A program made the position numbers and the translations under genes. The notes beneath the pieces are model-generated. The model made no database searches and was not told the origin of the DNA. It saw nothing but the letters and a program-made list of their open reading frames with translations. A DNA stretch of 64,000 bases from Spironucleus salmonicida (Eukaryota): contig NC_090602.1 of assembly GCF_000497125.1 (NCBI RefSeq), positions 1 through 64,000 of the forward strand. The letters run 5' to 3'. This document shows, piece after piece, positions 27,508-39,014 of the stretch (its first letter is position 1; every line of letters starts with the position of its first letter).

Positions 27508-30500
27508 TCACTCGTTTTGATAAACTGATATTTTTCCAGAACTATCCCAGCTGCAAATAAACTGTGAATCTTAGCTATAGCAGATATTCTATGCCTCTAT
27601 CTTCTGTTTATTTATTCTAAAGCTGGAGAGATTATACAAGCTACCACTGATATCATAGAAATAATTTTATAATAAACCCTTTGGTTTAACTTTATATTAG
27701 CTAATAATGTTATTACCATCAAAAACTGTACCAGTATCATCTATTTTAAACAATTTATTATCTAATAACTTAATGAACTTAAAACTTTTTGTTTCATTCT
27801 AAACTATTAGTTCTGATCGGCGATCATACACATGTGTAAATCCTTTACCTGTAACTGCTATTAAATTTTAGGTAATAGATTAAGAAATAGCTTTGTCTGG
27901 CAAATTACAGCTAAATACTTATCTGTCACTTAAAATATCATAAATTTTCAATTCATTTTAACTGAATATTGACATATTATCTAACTAGTCAACCATATAA
28001 GAGTTTTGATGCTATTATAATTGAGATTGAAGTTAATAATTGCGCAAATATATATCAGTTCTCGATTTAACTAAGTTTATGTTGTTCTTCTCTGTTTATA
28101 TCTTAGCATACAAGTCAAATACTGGGAGAGCTGATTTCCAATTAAAATCTAACTATTATTCTTTAATAAATGGCCTAAATGAACTAATTTATCTGGTGTT
28201 GTTGACAGAATATGGATTAGAAAGAATTGAATATTTACCATCTAACTCTTATATACCCATTAACTAAAAAGTGGTATTCGTATTTATAAAGTTTGTATCA
28301 AATATTTACATGTCAAAATTATTTTTAGAAATTGTACATAACTGATTATCGAAAATATTGATATCTTGACTATTATTTAACAACTTTTAGCAATTGTTGT
28401 CAATATCAGTAGTACTATAGTATTGGTTTTTTTGTATTAACTTACAAAGATAGCAATTTTATGAGCATGTCTCTAAATCTCTGATATAAGATGCATAATG
28501 AGAATACACATTATTAGACTTAGTTTTCACAAATTGATACAAAGATTAATTGTTTTTAGGTATATCATTATGATTATGAGATTGCTTAAAGTAAAATAAT
28601 TATGCTTAATAATCGCCTCTAATTTATTATGGATCAATTTCATTAATAGATAGCTTTTACAGTACAGAAAATATTTAAATTTTGTTCTAATAAATAATTA
28701 TAAGATAATTTAAAGTCGGATGAAATTTTACCATTTTAACTCCTGAATCAACTTAAAATTGCCAAAATAACTTAAATTTCTAATTGGTTTAATATTTTTA
28801 TATATTTGTTAGCCTTTGTAAATAATTGAATTGTTATTTAAAATTTGCTTTATATTAATCCTAAATCTATAGATCTTATACACTACTACACTATACATAA
28901 TTTTCTTCTGATAAATTAGAACTAATTTGACCGATTAATTAAATACTAGATTGCTTTTTCTATTAATTTAACATTCCCAGACCACAAAATCGGTTGTTTA
29001 TCTTTAATTATTTTTTAATAGTATTATTCTAATAATGATATTCTAAATCTGTTGCTACTGACTCATATTCTGAGCAAAATGATGATTATGAATCTACTTT
29101 TTGAAGTTAAGCTGCTGACTAAACTCTAGATCGCTATTTTATAAAATTATCGTTTTAAACAATATGAAAATTAATTAAATTATCTTTATTCTAATAAATA
29201 ATACGATATAATGATCGTCCGAATATAGAATGATATTTTTTAGAAAATTATGGATTACAATAGAACATTTATTCTAGTTCAGGGAAAGGTGCTGTTAGAT
29301 TTTGCTAGTATTATTTAATTATCATCTATTAGTTAATAAGCTAGCCACTATAATCTTTTTTACCTAATAATTATCCCTATAAAGCTCTATCTCTATATAA
29401 AACTTTAACATCTCTAGTTGGTTCGAAATAAACTAATACTTTATTATCTTTCTTGTTTTCTTTTGACATTAATATGCTACAATGCTGGAGTAATGGGGTT
29501 TTTACTGCAATTCTTCGGCACATATCACAAGAATGGTCAATTGGTATTAAATTGGACATTTCATCTTAATATATGGATAAATTTTACTAAGAAAATGATT
29601 AAATGTGCTAAATTGGATTTTAAAATAGTTTCTATGATTTGGATGTATTATAGTTTTAATTAAATTATTAAAATATTTTTCCATCAGATAATGCACAATT
29701 AATAGTAGATAATGTAGGCTTTAAAATTAAACTCAGCATACTTTCATAATCAAACCTTTTAGCAGCCTAATACTATTATGTTCTTACTTTTAATACAGAC
29801 TCTGATAATTACTACATAATAGTTATAGGAGAACCATTTTATACCATATAGTGTTGTGCTAAATCACACGGTAAACTAAACATATAAGACTGACATACGT
29901 TTACAATACACTATTATAGTTGTAAACTAGCACAATATTTTTCAAAATTTATATACTTTTTATAGTTCATTTCTAATTACTTTAAATTTTTAATCTAAGC
30001 ATTGCAACCAGAAAGACTCTTGACATTTTATTATTCTGAAGTTACTTACTATACATTTTCTAAACTAGTAATAAGTTAATTAATACTAAATTATTTATCT
30101 TATTTCAGATCCAGAGCAAATAGTTCTTCTTTTTAAGAATTCGTTATATTAAATATATGTCGCTAAGTTTCTATATCTTATTTTTTAAGTTGTGCATCAA
30201 TACTACTGAGACTAATATTTGAACAAATTTAGCAATGAGATGGCGAAGGTCTTGTTGAAAAAACACCATCCTATAAAATACTTAGTGTATTGTGGGTAGG
30301 ACATCCTCTTATAATTTTCTTCTAAGTAGTAGCCAACTAAACTGATTGTGCTAAAACATTAGAAAAAATATTAGGCTATGAAATTGAACGAATTGCTAGA
30401 TTAAAAATAGGAGAGCAAACATCTTGAAATTAAGAGAATAGAAGATTATTGAAGAATATATTTGAAAGATTTTAAAATATGTGTATATCTTCCTAAATTG

Positions 30501-33333
30501 TAATTGTGGATTCATACACTTATTTATAATAATCTTCATCTTTATTGTTAATGTTAACATTCTTTTTTTCTTCTTAATCAACTACTAATTTGTCATCTGT
30601 TATTTAAATTGCAGGTAACTCTGATGTTTTAAATGTGATACCTTTAATTGTTCGTTAGCGTCTAACAATTGGTTTGTAATCCTCAGATAGAGAAGATGAC
30701 TAATCATATTCAACCAGCTAAGATTCAGGAGCTAAAGATTATTTAGATTGATGATTAGTTGATTAGTTAAAATCGGTGAATGATCTCTTAAACTCTCGCG
30801 ATTTCATTAACGAAGATTAACCTAAGCTTATAGGCGAAGCACTTGGTTGTTATTATGAGCCTACATCTATTTTTATAAATTTACTATCAAATATGGCCGA
30901 AATATTATTTAGTGAAACATTTTACTATGACACTAAGGTAACTAATTAAGTAAATTACGCTTCTTATATTTCGTATTTGGTCATCATCATACATTTAATT
31001 TACAATCCTTACTCTTATTGATTTTAGTATAAAGTAGAAAAGCCAGATAAATTATTAAATAAATTTTTTGCCATTTTGCTAATAATGATTTATGGGTCGC
31101 TTTAGGCAGTGAATAAAGCATGAAGTATTTCTTTTGAACAAATATCATCATTATTTAAAAAACTATCATCTGATTGTGGTCTACCAAAATAACTGATTAC
31201 AGATTTTAGCTTACTAAGAATGATTTTATTAATTATTTATAATGACTAAAATCTAATCAAAGGTGAACTTTCATCTATTAAATATTTGCAAATTAGTTAA
31301 ATAAATGACTGAGCAATACTATGTTAAAGAATATCTTCATTTTCTTTTGATAAAAAATTAATTTAGTATTCGTTGTTAGACTTCAAAAAATCTGGTAATA
31401 GTAAATAAATAGCTTAAAGAGCTGCTGCTCTTACCTCAACTGAATTATCACACTTTCCAGAAATTATTAAGATGCCTAATAACTTTTAAACATCTTCCCA
31501 TATTTATATATCATTATATAATACCAAATAATCTTTAGACCCTTATTATTACGCAGTATTAATATTTCCAAATGACTTTCCCTATTTAATCGTAGTAATA
31601 GTTTAGTCTTATCTGATTACTACTTCTTATCCAAGATTTCCAAAGAGTAATAGCGTCCAAACTCTTAGCTAAGATGATGAAGACTATAGTAAAGTCTATA
31701 ATATAACTAAAGATCCATTTTAATATAGATTCTATCTTAAATTTATTACATATTATGATACATATAATATAGTTTCATCTTATAAGCACATCTAAATATT
31801 ATTTGAAGTTAGAATAGTAAGAATTTATACTATATATAATCTTACTTCAATTGGTGTTTATGGTTTAGTAAGTTACTTTAAAATAAATTCTTCAAATTAG
31901 AATGGAATTTTATTTTCATTCGCAAATACAATAAAATCATGTATTGATTAGGTTGAATTTTAAATCATTTTACTTAAAATAAAGACTATATTTCTAAATA
32001 TTTCCTAAAATAGTTCATTTTCAACTAATTTTTAAACTTTAATAATTCTATTCATTAATTTGTGTCCTAATCCTAAAAAAATTACCTCTTCTAGATTCTC
32101 ATTAGAATAATCAATATATTTTGAAATTAACTAGTAAGCCTTAAGATAATAAGTTTAATCTTTAAGTAAGTGTATGACGATTGGTAAATTAGTAGGGTGA
32201 GAATGAGAAAAACTAATCTGTAAATTAAATGCATCTAATTATTATTCTATAAACAAAATATCTTTCTCAAATCTAACTGCTTTATGTAGTACTGCGTCAA
32301 AACTACTCCAAAGTGGATCTTTACTAGAATCCGATATATTTAATGAACATGAAGTTTTAATATTAAATGAAGATAATACACGTTATGCCACCAGATAATT
32401 TCTTATAAGTCCACTATTAAAACTATTACTGTTATAATATGTTTAATAATCACTTCTATTTAAAGCGGAAAATGCTATATTTTCGCAAATTGCATCCATT
32501 ATAAGTTATATTTACTTAAAATCATTTTAATTTTATATTTTTTAATATAATTAATAGACCTGCATAAAAGTATTATACTGGCTTTGATTTGTTTAAGACT
32601 AAAATCTCTAGATGAAACTAATAAACAACCCTAATAATGGTGTTGTCATGGTAAGAGTAAATATATCTGTTGGGCAGAGCCTTTTTTAGCTCCTTAAATA
32701 AGGTAATGTCTAATCAATTGATGTAGCACCAAATGCTAATACATCATTCATATCTTCTTACCTAATTTTTTAAATCAAATTTCCTGCAAAATTACAATCA
32801 AAAATAAATACTGTTCTTCTTCCGATAGATTTAATAATATCAGTTATTATGATAGGCTGGGCTTTACACTCATCTGTCTAGAGTATTATACAATCAGAGA
32901 GTTACAAAGAAGTATTCCTAGAAATATAATGAAGTAATATATTACTATTAAATGATTAGCTAAATTTGCGAAGATCCTAATATGTTTATTTAGGTAGTTA
33001 CTTAAATGCTAATTTTTTAAACCCACCATAATAATCCTACACACCTTTATTTAAAATTACACTAAGATTTTCCAGAGGTTAGTTAAGCATTTCTATACCA
33101 GCTTCCACCCAATAAGAAGATAATAAATCTTTTGTTAATTCAAATGAGGAAATAACTGTAGCTGCTTAGACTTTTTCTTAAACTCCTTATAATATATGCT
33201 TTTTTAGGGGTTATTTTAATAATCTTTAAAGAGGTTGAGAGTATATAAATTAATAATAATTTACTGTATACTCTTTATTTACATCATCATACGCTTGATA
33301 TATCTAATTATAAGATCTAGAAATCTAATTCAT
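27508..33333 (-). CDS. RPTOR: Raptor/KOG1, TORC1 subunit (about 1941 aa)
   Basis: RNC-domain motifs LLHYIS, VFIFDCNFAG, DIFTLTMTTPL, DAICENIAF, RNYLVAQRVL, FIEQQLDAF and PTNLPIVI. C-terminal WD40 segments (VKFHPTLNYLII; SWDSSGKISVY). Stop GAGTGA. Interior frame spot-checked. Confidence 0.9.
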
Positions 33334-33381
33334 AATGATTTTAAAGTGGGAATTAATTAATATATATTAATAAAATAATTA

Positions 33382-34416
33382 TCACTATCCGACTTTATCA
33401 ATTAAACTTATTCTCTATCTCTATTTTTTTAATTGAAACTCCCCGCTGCACCAAATACTTTTGCTTATATCAAGAAGCTTCTAGAGTAAAAAAGTAGCTA
33501 GAAAATTTTTATTAACCAATATTTTTTCTGTTAATTCAGGTGGAATTTCCTAACCAGCAAATTCTATAAATGTTTTATAGAAAATTTTCACGGAAACTAA
33601 AATTTCCTGTTCGTTTAGAGACACACTACTTATTTACTCAATAACAACCCATACACATGTCATTTATGATGTAAAATCTGATAAATCATAGACAGACCCT
33701 TATTCTTAGAAAAGAATTATGATATTGTCGTTCCCAATATGGCGCTTTTTAATTAATTATTAATCATCATTATTGACATGCTTCAGCCAAGTGGATACAT
33801 GAAATGCCAGCTCAGTATCTAATAAATGTGTATATAGTACATCGCCATCGCGTCCTTTAGCATCTAACCCACCTGTATAGTAAGTCAAACCATTAGTAAT
33901 TTAAATACGCTGCCCCAAAATAGACAAAAATTACTCAAAATTTTCAAAAGATCCCGTGTTTTGTAACATTTACTATTCAGTATTTTAATCACATTTTTGA
34001 TACAAGATACCTATTTTACGTTATTTTTAAGAATTATTCTCAAATTCTAAAAATTATTGTAACACTACAATCGATGGAGATTTAATCTCCTTAAAATCGT
34101 TCATTTAGATAAAGAGTGCTTTTTGAATCTAATATTACTTAGGTTTCATGAATAATCTTTAAAATGCCGTTAAAATTGGTTTAATTGTGTATTAAGTTAT
34201 TCCATTATTAGATAATAATATTATATCCCAATATTTATCCTGCAAAAATATGTACATGAGGCAGTTACTGCCTTTATCTGTATACTTGTATGTGTATAAT
34301 AATAAGCTATTAGAAATTATTGCCTATATTTTTTAATTGATTGAAATATCATCTTGTACAATTGAACGGTGTACACCTAAGCATTCTTCTTTGAAGAAAG
34401 TATTTTATAAAATCAT
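33382..34416 (-). CDS. Rap/Ran-GAP (Rap1GAP/TSC2/RalGAP-type) domain protein (344 aa)
   Basis: KIGILY, FEQFLSILG, YTGGLD, AFHVSTWL and KKRHIGND (Asn-thumb) motifs. Confidence 0.9.
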
Positions 34417-34463
34417 TAAAAATTATAAATTACTATAGTATACATATATAATTATAAATGCGT

Positions 34464-36422
34464 TCACAATTTTGAAATAAAATCCATTTCTTTTTCATAC
34501 CATTATTAAATTTCCAGGACTCTTCTTCTGGTTCTTTCGAATTCACACTATTAGATCATTTTAATTGATGTCTCCACTAGGTCTTTTTAACTTGCAATAA
34601 GACCATCTTCTCTAACTTCTACCAGACCTTATTTATGCTCATGCGCATTCATTGCTGCAGTTGTAATTGATCCTTTATCTTTCAACAGATTTAGGACTTA
34701 TGGCGACATCTCAGCAGGTAAAAGATTTTAAACATCCTACTACTGTGATCCTGGCATTTAACCTTGATTTTAACTAGTTAAATCTACAGCGTCTGCAATA
34801 GTATCATCGTTCTAATCTTGATTTTAAATTTATTATTAAGATTCTTTCCAGAGTTTGAGTTCCAACGCCTTATTAAGTAGATCTTATACTTTTTCGTGAA
34901 GTTATAATAGAAGTGATTTGAATGACTAAAATCCTGCCTGAGCAACTTCGGCGGTTTTATTTTATATAGTAGTCAATGTATTTGTAAGGGTGTCTAGATT
35001 TTCTTAAATCTCATATTAAACTTCTGATTCTAAAGCATTTAACATCTTTTTGGCCTAATTGAGTATATTTAAAATAAAAGTTTTCTTTAAATTCTCTACT
35101 TAAGTATCACCAGCAGGTACATATTATGATTGATCAACTTTCTAATTTTTATCTAAATCACCTAACTATAGCGAAGACTCTAACTAATCAACCTAGTTAA
35201 TTAAATCATCAACCTCCTACTTTTCCTCATTTTCCTAAAATGATTACTCTTCTGCCTCCGCTTTTTACTCACCCACTAAATCCATTTCTTCTGCAACATT
35301 TTTTTACTTTCTTTATAATTCTCTGATTTCTCTTTGTGAAATTCTCATTTCCGCTTTTCCATTCAGAACAAAATCTTTACCTATGTAATAATCCGTAATA
35401 ATGCTTTTAGTTTAACCAATTAAGTCATCTAATACTATTTAGTAAAATTCTTCGAATTCGCAAATTTCTCCTTAGCGAATTATCCTTCTCCTCCTCATAA
35501 TCTTACTAAACTATCTCAATGTTGCAATTGCCTCTGTCCTAAACCATCCTACAGCCTCCATTTTAATCGCTGGTATTTAAAATATCTTCTCGTTTGCATC
35601 TCCTGTTAAAATATCAGTGTCAACCAAAGTATCAAAACCCAAGCAATCTGATGCTGCATCAATTCTAATTTATTTCGTTTTAACTATAGCTTGCTATACA
35701 GCCTTTATTTCCAGTTGATTTTTCTCTTCAAGTGTTATGAGCTCGGTTTTATATGCATCTGTTGCCTTCTATCGCTCATCTGGAAGAATGACAATAAAGT
35801 CTAAATATTTTAAGGAAGGTAAGTATGCCACAGTTTCTTTTCTATAAATTGAAAGGTTTACTTTTGATTCTTTCGAAAATTCATTATTAGATAAAACTAA
35901 AATTCTTAGTTATTTAAATGTTTATAGTATTTTAATAGTATCTTTTAGAGGACCTGGTAGGGAATTATTAGCTAGATTAATTGATTACAGTGAATGAGAC
36001 GACTATGCTAATCCAGTGAGTCCTTTATAATTATCTTACAGTTTTAATAAACCGCTAATATTAGTAATTTAATTGTTATTTGCAATTAAGTCTGTTAGCT
36101 TATTTAACTTATCAATTCCATCTAATGAAGAAAGTTTATTAAAAGAAACATCTAGAACCTCTAAATTTATTAACTAGTCTAAACCAGTGAGAATCTCAAT
36201 TGAATTATTTGTGAGAACTAATTTTGATAACTATATAAAATCATTAATGTTGGAGATTGTACAAATATTATAATTAGGTAGTAGAAGTGTCCTTATTTAA
36301 GGAAAATCATCTTCTGTATAATTATTTCTAGAATCTGCAATTAGAAGAGCCTTTATTATAAGATCTGAAGTAAGCATCTGGTAGTCCTTATGGAACCCTG
36401 GAAGAGTTGATAGATCAGTCAT
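34464..36422 (-). CDS. DRC3: Leucine-rich-repeat plus coiled-coil protein, dynein regulatory complex subunit 3-like (652 aa)
   Basis: SDS22-type LRRs (LEVLDVSFNKL), LRR cap VAYLPSLKYLD, and C-terminal KDKGSITTAAMNAHEH...REDGL...ERTRRRVLEI resembling DRC3/LRRC48. Confidence 0.75.
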
Positions 36423-36479
36423 TAAGAATTTGCGGAATTAATAATATACTATTATATATATTATTATAAACTTTTGATA

Positions 36480-36734
36480 ATGACCGAATAAAAAAGAACA
36501 GGCCAACCTAAGTTAATTGATATACACTCTCTCTAAGCGGTATCATTTTTAACTGATAGCTCTATAGTTTTCGATCCCGAATCTATAGATCTGCTCAATA
36601 GTTATACATATAATTATATGGATTTAATTTTATCAAAAGCTGAGTAATTTATAGATCCCCAGACAAGGGTTTTAACTGAAGACATATTGAGTAAAGTTAT
36701 GAATATTCTGAATATTAGTAAGGAAATTTAATGA
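36480..36734 (+). CDS. Small putative histone-fold protein (84 aa)
   Basis: ATG 36480 to TGA 36734. DPESIDLLNSYTYNYMDLILSKAEQF...RVLTEDILSKVM resembles the alpha2-L2-alpha3 part of a histone fold. Confidence 0.55.
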
Positions 36735-37759
36735 ACATATTTCTTTTTTATATATTTGTGGTTACCAATTGTTATCAATATTGGTAAAAAAATGATTACT
36801 TATATTAAAACAGATGAAGTCATTCTAAAATAAATATTAGTAAACCTTTGTAGTTTGGTGATTGTAGGGTTGATTCCTCTTTTTGGCATATGATCTTACA
36901 TGGACAATAATGTATAATCTAGTAAGATGTGAGTCTTTTATTTCTAAAAAATTATCTGACTCACCATATGCTTTTACACATAATAATATTTATTCATATA
37001 TACTAATACTTAAAAAATATATTTATTTAAATTATCATGTAACAATAATTTATTCTACTCTATTGTATTAGGACTATGATCTATTAACGTTATTTATAAG
37101 TTAAAAGTTATTAGAACTAGTTTATTGATTATATTAGTATATTTAAAAAACTATGTCTATTTATAAATATTTAGCTAATTCAACTGTAGTACTTAAAGTA
37201 GTGGTCACATGCAATTGTTTTAATTGGATATTACATTAAATAATTTAATGTTAAATCTTAATCATAAAAATATATGTAATAGGAGCTAAGAAATAAAAAT
37301 AGTTACTATCATAAACTTTTTGTTTTTATTTTAGGAAATTATTTGATACTATAACTCCATTTTTAATTATAACACAATGAAATACAATTTGATATCGAAA
37401 ACTCAGTCTTATCATGTTTATTCATTCTCTGATTAATAAAAAAACATTCTATTAACCATATAAATTAAAACATCTGGCATAAGTTAATTGCAATTACTGT
37501 CAATGATAAAAATAATATTTTACTCAAAAGTATCATAAAGAGTAAGAAAAGTATATATAACCGAAATAATTTGCTTATTATAAGTTTAATACTCATTAAA
37601 ATCAGAGTAATTTTAATTGTAAGAGCAAATACAATTTAATATAAGCTAAATTCTGTAATAAATTAAAATATACTTTATATTATAAAATCAATATATGTAT
37701 TTTTAACATATCATCTATATCTACAGATATTATTATATAATAATTTTTTTAATAAATAA

Positions 37760-38164
37760 ATGCTGACGGATACCATCTTTCTTGAATAATGTAAGCAACA
37801 CTTTAATCTAGATGAATATCTAAGTCTCACTGAACAAAGTAAATTAAACTGGCGATTCACGAATCTTCCTAATATGGATTATAATCAATTGATGGCATTT
37901 TTTGAATATTGCATTGAACCTGAAGAAATTAGGAATGGCTACATCTACAATATCGAAGGAGATTTTAAGGAAGCTGAATTACGCTAATTATAACTATCAG
38001 AAGAACTTGATTAAATCACACAATAATAACTGAAATTACAATAATAACTTGCTAAAAAAGAATAAGAATATAAAAATTTTTAATAAAAACAACATAATTT
38101 AGACACCACATGGAAGTTAGAGTAGGAAGTAGATAAAGATGCATTCGACGAGCTCATGGAGTGA
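37760..38164 (+). CDS. Hypothetical coiled-coil protein (134 aa)
   Basis: Open under code 6, Q/E/K-rich heptads, stop GAGTGA. Confidence 0.7.
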
Positions 38165-38975
38165 TCAAGTTTATCCAGCCTGTCCTGTTCAGTTCTATTT
38201 ATACACGTTCGAAAGCTATAAGCAATTAGTTATCTTATAGTTAAATAGAGGAAAACTTTAATATTTTAATATATTCTAATATCTATTTTTCTAATATAAC
38301 ATACAAGTCTAAAATAATATTAATTTATTAACGGAAATGTTCTACAAATGAACGTTCAGAATAAATCGATGACAAATTAGTTCGTGCTATTATACCTGCA
38401 CGCTTATGGCAGCTAATAACTCTCGGAATTTTTAAATTGTTAAAGCTACTATGAATACTTAGTATACCAGCCATATTTGCTGGGTAAAAATCAAAAATTT
38501 TATCCAAAATACACAAACACTATTAACGCATACATGGTATCTTTAAGATTTACGTTTTCAATAGGTTGCATTAAAGCCATTTTTTATGATTTACAAGCCG
38601 GATATTTTTGGTAGCTATAAAGTCATTTTGACGAAAGTAATTAATTTCAGATAACTGAAACTCTCGCATTTACTTTAATTATTTTCTACCTTCTGCAAGT
38701 TATTGCTTAAGCTAAAAGTTGGTAGACTATTACATTAATACAATAGGAATTTTTTCAAATTCTTAACATGCTTCAGGATATGTTAAAATAAGCTTTAGAA
38801 GCCAATTTGCATTAACTGTTAAGTCAAAATTATGAACTAAAAAGTTGAGCTTTTGTGCAAAAATCAAAGAGTTAAACTGTGATTTACATATAAACTGCTA
38901 TAATTTAAAAGTATTAACATAGGTGAGAGGTATGTTTTCCATTAAGGAAATATATGCTGATTTTAGCCATGACAT
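38154..38975 (-). CDS. Hypothetical protein (273 aa), head-to-head with the TERT-like gene
   Basis: ATG 38975 (MSWLKSAYISL...) to TGA 38154; the track ORF 38328-38516 is in frame. Its 3' end overlaps the convergent gene by 11 bp. Confidence 0.7.
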
Positions 38976-39014
38976 GGAATATAATTATTTAATATATAAT
39001 ATAATAAATTAAAA

